A DNA stretch of 64,000 nucleotides from Pseudomonadota bacterium (GCA_016195185.1 JACQAA010000054.1:92-64091); one strand, 5' to 3'; positions 19,401 through 29,319 are shown, counted from the first letter of the stretch. The notes: a model not told the origin generated them from the letters alone. A program made the numbers and translations.

Positions 19401-19541
19401 GTTTAATTAACTCACGCGTAACTGACTGTTGCTGCAAATTGGACATAATAAATGATTTAACTAATATGTCAACCATAATTCATGATTACTATTAGTTTTC
19501 AAATGGATAGACTAAGAATAACGATCCTGTTGAGAAAGCTG

Positions 19542-20279
19542 ATGAACCCCATCATCCTGATTCCGGCCCGCATGGCCTCGACCCGGCTGCCGAACAAACC
19601 ACTGGCCGATATTCATGGCAAGCCCATGATCGTGCATGTGATGGAACGCGCGCAAGAAGCAAGGCTGGGGCGCGTCGTGGTTGCCTGCGCCGAGCCGGAA
19701 ATTAAAACGGCGGTGGAAAAAGCGGGCGGCGAAGCCGTGCTGACTGACCCTATGCTTCCTTCCGGATCTGACCGGATTCTGGCCGCGCTCAAAACAATCG
19801 ATGCCACAGGGCAGCACAAAGCCGTGATCAACGTACAGGGCGACCTGCCAACGCTGGACCCGACATTGATAAAGGTGGCCTTCGATTTACTATCAGGCCC
19901 GACAACGGATATCGGCACGCTGGCCGCCCTCATCGTCAAGGAGGCTGAAAAGACCAACCCCAATGTGGTCAAGGCGATTGCCGAGATCGATTTTGGCAAA
20001 AATCAGAAAACCGGCCGCGCTCTTTATTTCAGCCGCACTACAACCCCCTGGGGCGAAGGGCCGCTGCTGCATCACATCGGCCTCTATGCCTATAAGCGTC
20101 CGGCTCTGGAAAAATTTGTGGCAGCGCCACCATCAGTGCTTGAGAAACGGGAAAAACTGGAACAACTGCGCGCCCTGGCGCTGGGCCTGCGGATTGATGT
20201 GGCCCTTGTCGATACGGTGCCGCTCGGCGTTGACACTCCCGACGATCTGGAAGCGGCGAGAAGAGCGCTACAAAGATAG
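19542..20279 (+). CDS. kdsB: 3-deoxy-manno-octulosonate cytidylyltransferase (CMP-KDO synthetase)
   Basis: The translation opens MNPIILIPARMASTRLPNKPLADIHGKPMIVHV. I place the start at 19542, inside ORF 19482..20279. Confidence 0.9.
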   Translation: MNPIILIPARMASTRLPNKPLADIHGKPMIVHVMERAQEARLGRVVVACAEPEIKTAVEKAGGEAVLTDPMLPSGSDRILAALKTIDATGQHKAVINVQGDLPTLDPTLIKVAFDLLSGPTTDIGTLAALIVKEAEKTNPNVVKAIAEIDFGKNQKTGRALYFSRTTTPWGEGPLLHHIGLYAYKRPALEKFVAAPPSVLEKREKLEQLRALALGLRIDVALVDTVPLGVDTPDDLEAARRALQR

Positions 20280-20948
20280 GCCGTTGTCATCCTGACCGGT
20301 ATTTTCGACGCTGAAGCCGGCCTGAAAGATTTTTTTGTCCGGGTCATACAGGCGCACATTTCTGGCGTCGGCAGTTATTCGAATGATGGCGCCATTGTCT
20401 ATCTCGTTATGCGCGACGTAAACACGAAGAGCTGCCATCAATTCCCGTGGAGAGAGCTGCGGACATTCCAATAAAAAACGTAAAGTATGCATGATGCGAC
20501 CATGTGCAAAAACGGCAATAAAACTCTCAGGCGCAGATTGCAGGCGATTGAGCCCAGTCCTGATCCGGGACAGCATCATGTTGAAAGATTCGGCGCCAGC
20601 GCCATCTATGTGGTCGGGATCGAGGCGTTGCCAGTAAGACAGCACCCGGGGCGCTCGTTGAAGAGAGGTGGTGTTCGTGTAGTTTGCAAAAGATAGACAG
20701 GCAAACTCCTGCAGCGGCCATATCTCACGCCTTGTCGAAGGGAAACGCTCCAGCGTGGGGGCAGCCGTCTGCTGGGTGCGCATATAAGGCGTCACCACCA
20801 CCAAATCTGGCGCTGTTGTGAAAGCCTTGCTGATCTCGATCGCCTGCGCCTGACCCCGCGTCGTTAAAGGAACTGTAGCGGTGTTTTCTACGACATGACC
20901 AGCATTTGACATGCTTTCACCATGACGGATAAACCAAACCTCAGCCAC
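20268..20948 (-). CDS. histidine phosphatase family protein (phosphoglycerate mutase-like)
   Basis: The RHG motif VWFIRHGESMSN is at the N-terminus, and there is a later H in FAHGRIMH. Confidence 0.7.
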   Translation of the reverse strand: MAEVWFIRHGESMSNAGHVVENTATVPLTTRGQAQAIEISKAFTTAPDLVVVTPYMRTQQTAAPTLERFPSTRREIWPLQEFACLSFANYTNTTSLQRAPRVLSYWQRLDPDHIDGAGAESFNMMLSRIRTGLNRLQSAPESFIAVFAHGRIMHTLRFLLECPQLSPRELMAALRVYVAHNEIDNGAIIRITADARNVRLYDPDKKIFQAGFSVENTGQDDNGLSL

Positions 20949-21071
20949 GTTACTGTCCCGCCCGCCTTTTAATTTTTATACGTGTAAAATATGCTATGAA
21001 AAAATAATTTTGTCAATTTATGATTTGAAACTATTCGGCGCGCCGAGTCATACTGTACCGCAGGAGAAAAA

Positions 21072-21920
21072 ATGACCAAGAAAATCGCGTTTCAAGGCAA
21101 GAACGGCGCCTACTCGCACACCGCCTGTCTGACGGCATTTCCGCAGTTACAGCCGCTGCCCTGCCCGACCTTTGCCGAAGCCTTCAGGGCCGTGGAAACC
21201 GGACGGGCCGACATGGCAATGATCCCCATCGACAATTCAATTGCCGGGCGCGTCGCCGATATTCACCAGCTGTTGCCGACCTCAAAACTATCCATCATTG
21301 CCGAACATTTTATACCGGTGCGGCACTGCCTGCTGGGCGTCCCCGGCGCCAGGGTTTCTGATATCAAAACCGTCTACAGCCATATTCATGCACTGCCACA
21401 GTGTAAAAAAATCATTGCCAAACTAGGATTAAAACCGGTGGTATTTGAGGACACGGCGGGATCGGCGCAGAAAGTCGCCGAGATGAAGAACGTCCGTCAC
21501 GCCGCCATCGCGTCGGCGCTGGCGGCGAAGCTCTACGGCCTCGCCATCCTTAAAAAAAATATCGAGGACGAAGCTGACAATACGACGCGCTTTATCGTGC
21601 TGGCGAAGTCAGCCCGGACACCCGCGCAAAAAAAAGGCCAGAAATATTTGACCTCGATTGTTTTTGAGGTCCGCAACATTCCGGCCGCCCTTTATAAGGC
21701 GCTCGGCGGCTTTGCCACCAACAACATGAATATCGTCAAACTGGAAAGTTATCTGGAGGGCAACAAATTTCAGTCCGCTTCTTTCTATGGCGAAGTCGAA
21801 GGCCACCCCGACGAACCCGGATTCAGGCGGGCCATGGACGAATTGCATTTTTTTGCCACCCGCATCCGCACGCTCGGCACTTATCCCACCCATAATTATC
21901 GCAACAAAACCCCTATATAA
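21072..21920 (+). CDS. pheA: prephenate dehydratase
   Basis: Motifs seen are IAFQGKNGAYSH, TTRFIVLAK and an ACT-like segment TSIVFEVRNIPAALYKALGGFA. Confidence 0.9.
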   Translation: MTKKIAFQGKNGAYSHTACLTAFPQLQPLPCPTFAEAFRAVETGRADMAMIPIDNSIAGRVADIHQLLPTSKLSIIAEHFIPVRHCLLGVPGARVSDIKTVYSHIHALPQCKKIIAKLGLKPVVFEDTAGSAQKVAEMKNVRHAAIASALAAKLYGLAILKKNIEDEADNTTRFIVLAKSARTPAQKKGQKYLTSIVFEVRNIPAALYKALGGFATNNMNIVKLESYLEGNKFQSASFYGEVEGHPDEPGFRRAMDELHFFATRIRTLGTYPTHNYRNKTPI

Positions 21921-22017
21921 TTTTTTCATAAGATTAAAATCAGGTTTCCCGTGACCGGGTTACTGTCGCATGCTAGGGTTTTCAAGACGCAACTTGTTGT
22001 CAGGGAGTCCCCTTAGA

Positions 22018-22218
22018 ATGGCCACATATGCCCATCTTGCTGCCAAGCTTTTGCGGGACGCCGCTACTTTTTTCAGAAATGTCGGCGCGCAAAATCAGCC
22101 CCTGAAAGAGCAGATGGACGACAATGCCTCCGTCTATGAACAGGTGGCGGACCTTCTTGAAAAAGACCCGATGGGCATCCTCGACCTCGGGGATGACGCC
22201 ACCGCGAAAAAGAAATAA
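22018..22218 (+). CDS. small hypothetical protein (66 aa)
   Basis: This uses an internal ATG of ORF 21970..22218 (MATYAHLAAKLLRD...). I recognise no family. Confidence 0.35.
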   Translation: MATYAHLAAKLLRDAATFFRNVGAQNQPLKEQMDDNASVYEQVADLLEKDPMGILDLGDDATAKKK

Positions 22219-22343
22219 TCCTAACGCCGATTATTTGCCTCCACCCCTGTCCGTTCCGCGACGAGAAGGACGGGAATTTATGTGCGCTCTCAGCAAAAAT
22301 ACGCTAACATACAGAGGGTCGGTTTTCAGAGGGAAAGATAACG

Positions 22344-24746
22344 ATGGCATTCTTCTCGGGCGCGTCATCACGCAAATTCAAATTCAAAGTTAAAAAATAT
22401 AACTCCCTGCCGTTGCTGCCCGCCTCGATGCACAGTTTTATCGCCAACCGCCTGACGGATCTGGGCGGCATTGGTCTGGCGGCCGCTGGCGTCAGTCTGG
22501 CCTTAATGCTGTATACGTTCAATGTCAAAGACCCCTCTTTCAACACTATTTCTTCCGGCGGCACCATCCACAATCTTCTTGGCAAGCCCGGCGCCTATAC
22601 CTCTGACCTGTTGCTCCAGACGATGGGATTGTCTTCCTATCTTTTTGCAGTAGCCTTTGCCATTTGGGGATATCGCCTCCTCGCCAGAAAATCTCTCGGG
22701 CCTTTGAGTATTAAAATACCCCTGTTGGTCGTCTCCGTTCTCAGCGCGGCGATTACGCTGGCACGCATCCCCGCCTATGATGCCTGGGGGATTGGCGTTT
22801 ATCTTGGCGGCAGCGCCGGCTCCCTGATCTTCACCACCCTGGGAAACCATCTGCAGCCCTGGCTGGGCACGGCCGCCTTCACCGCCGTCGCCGTCGCCGC
22901 ATTTTCGGTTTTCATGATCTGCTATATCCTCTCGCTCGGAATCAGTGTCCGTGGGTGGAAGAGGGGGCTGGGTCAGACCCGCGATGGCGCCGCGACATTC
23001 GGCTCTTTTGTGAGAGAATGTCTGATGCGCCTTCGTGAATGGCACAGCCGGCATACGGCGGAGGCCGTCCCGCTGCGCAAGCCGCGCATTCGCCTTGATG
23101 AAGACGCAGTAGCAGAACCCCTAGCGACCGGTTCGGAAACGGCCAATACTTCTGTCGCCGCGTGCCGCAAGCCGGTTGTCTCGCCGCGTGCCGACAAACC
23201 GAAGGAAGACCGGCAAAAAAAACTCAACCTGCGCAGCTCTGATGAGGAATGGCAATTGCCCTCTCTGGATATTCTGGAGGACCGCGTCAATACCGGCAAT
23301 TATAAACTCGATGAGGCGGCGCTACAAAAGAACGCCGAGCTGCTGCAGTCCACCCTGCATGATTTCGGCGTTGAGGGCGAGATTTTAAAGGTGAGCCCCG
23401 GTCCGATCGTCACCCTGTATGAGATGGAACCGGCGCCCGGCACCAAGACCTCCCGCGTGATCGGCCTGTCGGACGACGTTGCCCGCTCGATGAGCGCCAT
23501 ATCCGTCCGCGTCGCTGTCGTACCCGGCAAAAATGTCATTGGCATTGAGCTGCCCAATGCCAAACGTGAAACGGTGTTTCTGAAGGATATGCTGTCCGCC
23601 CGTGACTATCAGAAGACGACCTGCAAACTGCCCCTTGTTCTGGGCAAGAATATCGCCGGCGAACCGGTCATCGCCGATCTGGCCCGGATGCCGCACCTGC
23701 TGGTGGCGGGCACCACCGGGTCGGGCAAGTCGGTTGCGGTCAATACCATGATTTTATCGCTGCTCTACCGTCTCTCTCCCGAACAATGCCGTTTTATCAT
23801 GGTTGACCCGAAAATGCTGGAACTCTCCGTCTACGACGATATTCCCCACCTGCTGACCCCGGTGGTGACGGAAGCGCATCGCGCCGTCACCGCGCTCAAA
23901 TGGGCTGTGCGCGAGATGGAAGACCGCTACCGCGTCATGTCCAAGCTCGGCGTGCGTAATATCGACGGCTTTAACGAGCGTATCCGCGACGCCCGCGCCA
24001 AAGGCGAGGTGCTGATGCACAAACTCCAGACCGGGTTTGACTCAGAGACGGGAAAGCCCGTCTTTGAAGAGCAGCCCATTCCGCAGGTCGAGCTGCCCTA
24101 CATTGTCATTCTTGTCGACGAATTTGCCGATCTGATGCTGGTGGCCGGCAAGGACGTGGAGGGCTCCATCCAGCGGCTGGCGCAAATGGCGCGCGCAGCG
24201 GGCATCCACCTGATCATGGCGACACAACGCCCCTCGGTCGACGTCATCACCGGCGTCATCAAGGCCAATTTCCCGACCCGGATCAGCTTTCAGGTCACCA
24301 GCAAAATAGACAGCCGCACCATCTTGGGTGAAGGCGGAGCTGAACAGCTGCTGGGCCAGGGGGATATGCTGTATATGGCTTCCGGCGGGCGGGTTACCCG
24401 TGTGCATGGGCCCTTTGTAACTGATGATGAGGTAGAAAAAATTGTCAAATACCTGCGCTCTCAAGGCGCTCCAAACTATGTTGACGGCGTCACCGTTGAT
24501 GATGAAGAAGAAGGCGGAGAAGGTGAACCGGTCACAACAGGCGGCGTGGCGGATGAGCTTTACGATCAGGCCGTCGCGATCATCCTGCGTGAGCGCAAAG
24601 TATCAACCAGCTTTGTCCAGCGGCATCTGCAGATTGGATACAACCGGGCCGCCAACATTATCGACCGCATGGAAAAAGAGGGGCTGATTAGCGCCGCCAA
24701 CCACGTTGGCAAGCGCGAAATCCTGTCAGGAAATTACGGCACGTAA
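22344..24746 (+). CDS. ftsK: DNA translocase FtsK
   Basis: N-terminal transmembrane segments are followed by the Walker A motif AGTTGSGKSV and MATQRPSVDVITG. The C-terminal gamma domain reads STSFVQRHLQIGYNRAANIIDRME. Confidence 0.95.
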   Translation: MAFFSGASSRKFKFKVKKYNSLPLLPASMHSFIANRLTDLGGIGLAAAGVSLALMLYTFNVKDPSFNTISSGGTIHNLLGKPGAYTSDLLLQTMGLSSYLFAVAFAIWGYRLLARKSLGPLSIKIPLLVVSVLSAAITLARIPAYDAWGIGVYLGGSAGSLIFTTLGNHLQPWLGTAAFTAVAVAAFSVFMICYILSLGISVRGWKRGLGQTRDGAATFGSFVRECLMRLREWHSRHTAEAVPLRKPRIRLDEDAVAEPLATGSETANTSVAACRKPVVSPRADKPKEDRQKKLNLRSSDEEWQLPSLDILEDRVNTGNYKLDEAALQKNAELLQSTLHDFGVEGEILKVSPGPIVTLYEMEPAPGTKTSRVIGLSDDVARSMSAISVRVAVVPGKNVIGIELPNAKRETVFLKDMLSARDYQKTTCKLPLVLGKNIAGEPVIADLARMPHLLVAGTTGSGKSVAVNTMILSLLYRLSPEQCRFIMVDPKMLELSVYDDIPHLLTPVVTEAHRAVTALKWAVREMEDRYRVMSKLGVRNIDGFNERIRDARAKGEVLMHKLQTGFDSETGKPVFEEQPIPQVELPYIVILVDEFADLMLVAGKDVEGSIQRLAQMARAAGIHLIMATQRPSVDVITGVIKANFPTRISFQVTSKIDSRTILGEGGAEQLLGQGDMLYMASGGRVTRVHGPFVTDDEVEKIVKYLRSQGAPNYVDGVTVDDEEEGGEGEPVTTGGVADELYDQAVAIILRERKVSTSFVQRHLQIGYNRAANIIDRMEKEGLISAANHVGKREILSGNYGT

Positions 24747-25438
24747 TGCAAAACAAGCCTCTCATATACAGCCTTCTCGGCATCTCTCTTGTTGCCGGCC
24801 TCCTCCTCTCTGTTTCCGCGCCTGCGGCACAAAACCCCATCGATTACCGCCGCACGCTCTTTGTCCGTGCCGGACAAAAAACTCTGGTGTTCGAGGCGCC
24901 CCAGAGGATGTGTTTTCTGGACAAAACCCAACCGTTTGAAAGCGCCCTGTATAATGCCTTCCAAGGACAGGTGCAGAAAAACAACGATCGGGTTCTCCTG
25001 GCCGTTTTCTCTGACTGCGATGCCATCGCCAGTTTAGGCGGAGCATCCGGCACTAACAACATTCCACTTAACTCCGGCACTATCAGCTGGCTGGCACAGT
25101 CTGTCGGTGAAACGACCCCCCTCGACCGCGGAGACTATTTAGATATGCGGGGATCTTCTTTGCCGCAGTACCTCAAGAACAGCCCGGTATATTCTTCTCA
25201 ACTCAAACTGGATGAAACCACGCACCGCACTCCTGAGAACGTTTCTCTCGGTATGAGCGGAGAGATGAGAACAAGCTATGAAAAGCAGCACGGCATTGTC
25301 GTGATAGCGACGACCACTCTCCGTCATATGCCGATTGAAACGATGATCCGCTTTACCGGGAAAAATGCGGCCACCCTTGAAAAAACTTATCAATTGATGG
25401 ATAAGTTCATGATGCAGCAAATTGCCCTCAACGAATAG
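24746..25438 (+). CDS. hypothetical secreted protein
   Basis: The signal peptide is MQNKPLIYSLLGISLVAGLLLSVSAPAAQ. A TAATG overlap joins it to the ftsK stop. I recognise no family. Confidence 0.5.
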   Translation: MQNKPLIYSLLGISLVAGLLLSVSAPAAQNPIDYRRTLFVRAGQKTLVFEAPQRMCFLDKTQPFESALYNAFQGQVQKNNDRVLLAVFSDCDAIASLGGASGTNNIPLNSGTISWLAQSVGETTPLDRGDYLDMRGSSLPQYLKNSPVYSSQLKLDETTHRTPENVSLGMSGEMRTSYEKQHGIVVIATTTLRHMPIETMIRFTGKNAATLEKTYQLMDKFMMQQIALNE

Positions 25439-25458
25439 AAAGCACCGGAACTTACCTC

Positions 25459-26073
25459 ATGCGTTATTTATTGACTCTCGCCTTTTTGTGCATGTTCTTA
25501 CCAGCAGCTCTGGCTGCCAAAAAATCCGAGCCCTTGCCAGACAGCCCAACGATTGAAGCCTATCTGAACAGCCTTTCCACCCTCAAATCCCGCTTTGTCC
25601 AGACTGATAACGACGGCAAACAGGTGACGGGGACTTTTCTGCTGAAGCGCCCCGGCCGGCTCCGCTTTGAATACGACCCCCCCGTCAAGGATTTTATTGT
25701 CGCCGATGGTCTGCTTGTTCACTACTACGATGAAAAAATGAAGCAGCAAAGCTCCATACCCATCAGCAAGTCTCTGGCAGACTTTTTTCTGCGGGCGAAG
25801 ATGCAGCTGTCAGGGGATATTGCCGTGTCCGGTATCGCGCGTATGGATGGCTTGCTGCAATTGACACTGACCCAAAGCAAGGATCCGCTTGCCGGCTCCC
25901 TCACTCTCCTGTTCGGTGAAAAGCCGCTACAGCTCCAGAAATGGCGCATTGTCGATGCACAGGGACTGACAACCACTGTCGCGCTATATGACACCCAGTC
26001 AGGAATCGACCTCAACGGTGAGCAATTCCACTACTATGACCCGGAAAATAAAAAATCCTTTACGAACAAATAG
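25459..26073 (+). CDS. lolA: outer-membrane lipoprotein carrier protein LolA
   Basis: A signal peptide is followed by FVQ....G.F.LKRPGRLRFEY. The position after ftsK is the conserved one. Confidence 0.8.
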   Translation: MRYLLTLAFLCMFLPAALAAKKSEPLPDSPTIEAYLNSLSTLKSRFVQTDNDGKQVTGTFLLKRPGRLRFEYDPPVKDFIVADGLLVHYYDEKMKQQSSIPISKSLADFFLRAKMQLSGDIAVSGIARMDGLLQLTLTQSKDPLAGSLTLLFGEKPLQLQKWRIVDAQGLTTTVALYDTQSGIDLNGEQFHYYDPENKKSFTNK

Positions 26074-26144
26074 ATAAACGATATTAAGGATAATTAATTG
26101 CTATTTTCCGAAAGATTTGATACAATCCGCTGGTACGTGTAATC

Positions 26145-27989
26145 GTGATTTTTCCGGCGGGGCGATTCCTAATGACACCAGACAACTTAGATTCCAACGT
26201 AATGCCCGGTATCAGCAACGGGGCGGCTCCACCCCCGGTGGCGGCAGATCAAACAGAAGAGCCGTCTGCCCTCAACCGGACCAGAACAAAACTGCATGGG
26301 GTGATTAATGAACTGTGGGGCTACAACTGGCTGCAGGATGATCCTTATTTTTATCTCATACACTATGCCAACCCGGACAAAACCAAGAAAACCAAAACAG
26401 GGTTTAAACTGAAACTGCTGGATGGCGGAGAGATCAATTGGAATCCCCCCTCTGAGAGATCCCCCGAAATGATCAGCGGCGTCTCCCGGCATTTTAACCA
26501 GGCCAGTGCCGAGGCTATCGTCGCCCTGGCACGGCTGCGCGGCTGGAAGACGCTGGATGTGCACGGCACCCCTGCGCAAAAAGAAATGCTGTGGCTGGCG
26601 GCCCAGCGTCAGAATTTGCAAGAGAAAGAAGCTTACGAGCGCAACCCGTGCGTGGATGACAAGGGCAATAAGGTCCCGTTTCAACCCCTTGTCGTGACGA
26701 ACTTCGCGCCTTTGGCCGACTCCAGGGCTTTTGTGCAATGGAAACAGGAAGAAGCAGCATATAATACACAGCATCCTCCCGTGCCCGCCATTCCGCCAGA
26801 TCCACCCACCCCCGCCCCCGAAGAAAAGAAAGCGGCCCCTGTTTCCGCCAGTCAGTTTACAAACGCAGCGCCCCCGCCCCCAAAACCCGTACCACCGTTG
26901 GTTCCCTGGGGTTCTGATCCAAAAAAGACCGTTATTGTGTACCACGCCAACTGCATCGACGGTTCAGCCTCTGCCTTCATCGTGGCGCAAGCAAAACACC
27001 TGACACCGGATGACAAGAACGTGGCTTATATCCCCTATGAACACTACATGCGCGCCGACGCGGAAAACAAAATTCGTTCTGCCTTGCACTCGGAAAGCGA
27101 AATCTATTTCGTCGACGTTTCTCCGGAAAAACCCTTTCTCGACCAAATACTGGCGGAGGTGCAGCCCAAAGAAGTGCATGTTTTTGACCACCACAAGAGC
27201 GCAGCGACGGCTTTGAAGGGCTACTCTGCGCCGCCTGAATCCACCACGCCTGTACTTGACATCAAGATTGCCGAGGACAGCCCGTCCAACGCACTGAATC
27301 TCTGGAAGCAGATGATGCCCGACCAGGCGCCGCCGGCCTTCTTACAGGCAATCAACTACATGGACGGAGATGCCAAGGGATTGACCACCTCGGACAATAG
27401 CGGCCTTACCTCTCACGAGAAACAGGCGGCAGCCGCCTACCTCGATTCCCAGGACACGCGCACACCGCTAAAAGCCTCCCAGTTTTTTAAAGGCATGCTG
27501 AGCCAGACGTTTAATGAAGTGTCCGCAAGAGGCGCGCCGATCCTCGCAGATCAGGATATAAAACTGACCAAGCTCATGGATCAGACGATACATATCGACC
27601 TGCAAATTTTACCTGATGCACCACCCGTGCGCGTACCTGTCACGAATGGTAACGTGCAGAATTTTGGCCGGGACATCTCGGAGCGCATGATCGATCTGGC
27701 CCAGAAAGACGGCGGCGGCGTTTCTCTGGCCTGGTTTGTCACGAAACAGGGCGGAGTTGAAGTCAGCATGCGCTCGAACGGCAGCCCGGATCTCACCCGG
27801 GTGATCGACCATTTGAAGAAAACCACCGGTTGCGGCGGCGGCGGTCATGCCACGGCGGCGGTCATGCGCTTTTCTTCTCTGGAAGAGTTTGCGAAACATA
27901 TCCCGCTGAACAGCCTTCAGCCGACCGGCAACGCAGCTCCGCAAAACGCCACCAAACCAGCGGCAAAGGGAAACCCAAAACCCTCATAA
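26145..27989 (+). CDS. hypothetical protein: LPD7-like N-domain, proline-rich linker, DHH/DHHA1-type phosphoesterase domain
   Basis: The N-terminal ASAEAIVALARLRGWKTLDVHGTPAQKEMLWLAAQRQNL resembles LPD7. The linker reads PPVPAIPPDPPTPAP...PPPPKPVPPLVP. The C-terminal half has VIVYHANCIDGSASAF, FVDVSP, VFDHHKS and GCGGGGHATAA (the DHH and DHHA1 GGGH motifs). The start is uncertain: GTG at 26145 or ATG at 26172. Confidence 0.5.
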   Translation: MIFPAGRFLMTPDNLDSNVMPGISNGAAPPPVAADQTEEPSALNRTRTKLHGVINELWGYNWLQDDPYFYLIHYANPDKTKKTKTGFKLKLLDGGEINWNPPSERSPEMISGVSRHFNQASAEAIVALARLRGWKTLDVHGTPAQKEMLWLAAQRQNLQEKEAYERNPCVDDKGNKVPFQPLVVTNFAPLADSRAFVQWKQEEAAYNTQHPPVPAIPPDPPTPAPEEKKAAPVSASQFTNAAPPPPKPVPPLVPWGSDPKKTVIVYHANCIDGSASAFIVAQAKHLTPDDKNVAYIPYEHYMRADAENKIRSALHSESEIYFVDVSPEKPFLDQILAEVQPKEVHVFDHHKSAATALKGYSAPPESTTPVLDIKIAEDSPSNALNLWKQMMPDQAPPAFLQAINYMDGDAKGLTTSDNSGLTSHEKQAAAAYLDSQDTRTPLKASQFFKGMLSQTFNEVSARGAPILADQDIKLTKLMDQTIHIDLQILPDAPPVRVPVTNGNVQNFGRDISERMIDLAQKDGGGVSLAWFVTKQGGVEVSMRSNGSPDLTRVIDHLKKTTGCGGGGHATAAVMRFSSLEEFAKHIPLNSLQPTGNAAPQNATKPAAKGNPKPS

Positions 27990-28019
27990 AAATTCTTGGC
28001 TCCCTCCCCGCTAAATCGA

Positions 28020-28048
28020 TTGGAAAAGAGGGGCCCGTCCGCTATAAT
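28020..28048 (+). promoter_or_regulatory. sigma70-like promoter TTGGAA-17 nt-TATAAT ending 6 nt before the recR ATG
   Basis: TTGGAA is at 28020-28025 and TATAAT at 28043-28048, and the recR ATG is at 28055. This geometry places the predicted transcription start at or next to the start codon. Confidence 0.35.
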
Positions 28049-28054
28049 CACGGG

Positions 28055-28648
28055 ATGATTGGCACCGACATAGAACACCTGATAAAACTCCTGTCCCGTT
28101 TGCCCGGTTTTGGCCCGCGCTCGGCGCGCCGCGCCGTTTTACATCTGCTGAAAAACCGCGAGAGCCTGATGCTGCCGCTGTCGCAAGGTCTCGGTAAGGC
28201 AGCAGAGGTCATCAGAGAATGTGCTATCTGTCGCAACCTGGATACAACCGGCCCCTGTTCCATCTGCGCCAATCTGCGGCGCGACGCTGCACTACTCTGC
28301 GTGGTTGAGGATATTTCCGATCTCTGGGCCATAGAAAAAACCGGCTCTTTCAGGGGGTACTACCATGTGCTGGGCGGCACCCTTTCGGCGCTCGATGGCA
28401 TCAGCCCGGATGACATCTCCATTCCACATCTGCTCGAACGCGCCCGCAACCCCGCCGTGAAAGAAGTGATCATCGCACTGAATGCCACGATTGATGGGCA
28501 GACGACAGCGCATTATCTCGCGGATTGTCTGCAACCCTCTGGCGTCAAAATTACCCAGCTGGCGCACGGCGTGCCGATTGGCGGGCAGATTGATTATATG
28601 GACGATGGCACCCTTTCGACAGCCCTGAAATCGCGCAAGGCGGTTTGA
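28055..28648 (+). CDS. recR: recombination protein RecR
   Basis: The opening is MIGTDIEHLIKLLSRLPGFGPRSARR (HhH). It is followed by the zinc finger CAICRNLDTTGPCSIC and a Toprim region. The start lies inside ORF 27830..28648. Confidence 0.9.
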   Translation: MIGTDIEHLIKLLSRLPGFGPRSARRAVLHLLKNRESLMLPLSQGLGKAAEVIRECAICRNLDTTGPCSICANLRRDAALLCVVEDISDLWAIEKTGSFRGYYHVLGGTLSALDGISPDDISIPHLLERARNPAVKEVIIALNATIDGQTTAHYLADCLQPSGVKITQLAHGVPIGGQIDYMDDGTLSTALKSRKAV

Positions 28649-29316
28649 TGGACCGCTTCCGGCACATTAATACCTGGGTCTTTGACCTCGACAATACCCT
28701 ATACGACGCCGAAACCGGTGTCTTTGCCCGGGTTGGCGATCGCATGACCAATTTTATTGTTGAAATCCTGAAAATATCCCCCGAAGAAGCCAATGCGCTG
28801 CGCAAGGAATATTGGAAAAAATATGGCACCTCCATGCGCGGACTGATGGTCGAACATAAGATCGACCCCTATCATTTCCTGGACAGAGTCCACGATGTGG
28901 ATATTACCGATGTGCCACAATGTCCCATTACAAAAGAATATCTCGACCGCCTGCCCGGCAAAAAAATTATCTTCACCAATGCGCCGCGGCCCTTCGCCAC
29001 GCGCATGACCAAGCATCTCGGGATTGACCATCATTTTGACCATGTGTTCACAATCGAAGATGCCGATTTTTTACCCAAACCGAACGTCGATACATACCAC
29101 ACCGTGATCAAAAAATTCAATTTTGAGCCGAAACATGCCTGCATGTTCGAAGATACTGCCGTTAATTTGAAACCGGCCTCTGATCTGGGCATGACAACGG
29201 TCTGGTTTCATGGCAAAAATCAGAGCTCAGAGGAACATCACCACCCGCATATCCACCATAAGGCCGGGAAACTCGCTGACTGGCTTCAACACACCGTTGG
29301 CCCCAGGAGAAAATAG
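28648..29316 (+). CDS. HAD-superfamily hydrolase, pyrimidine 5'-nucleotidase-like
   Basis: WVFDLDNTLY is HAD motif I, and FTNAP and FEDT come later. A TGATG overlap joins it to recR. Confidence 0.7.
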   Translation: MDRFRHINTWVFDLDNTLYDAETGVFARVGDRMTNFIVEILKISPEEANALRKEYWKKYGTSMRGLMVEHKIDPYHFLDRVHDVDITDVPQCPITKEYLDRLPGKKIIFTNAPRPFATRMTKHLGIDHHFDHVFTIEDADFLPKPNVDTYHTVIKKFNFEPKHACMFEDTAVNLKPASDLGMTTVWFHGKNQSSEEHHHPHIHHKAGKLADWLQHTVGPRRK

Positions 29317-29319
29317 AGA

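Noticed and set aside
27830-28054. N-terminal extensions of ORF-track entries (recR 27830, priA 36243, rlmN 17646, kdsB 19482, sixA 33356, tal 36041, xthA 39772, hsp20 54940)
   Set aside because: The extensions overlap neighbouring genes or add non-homologous, Arg-rich sequence. Internal ATGs reproduce the canonical N-termini of each family.
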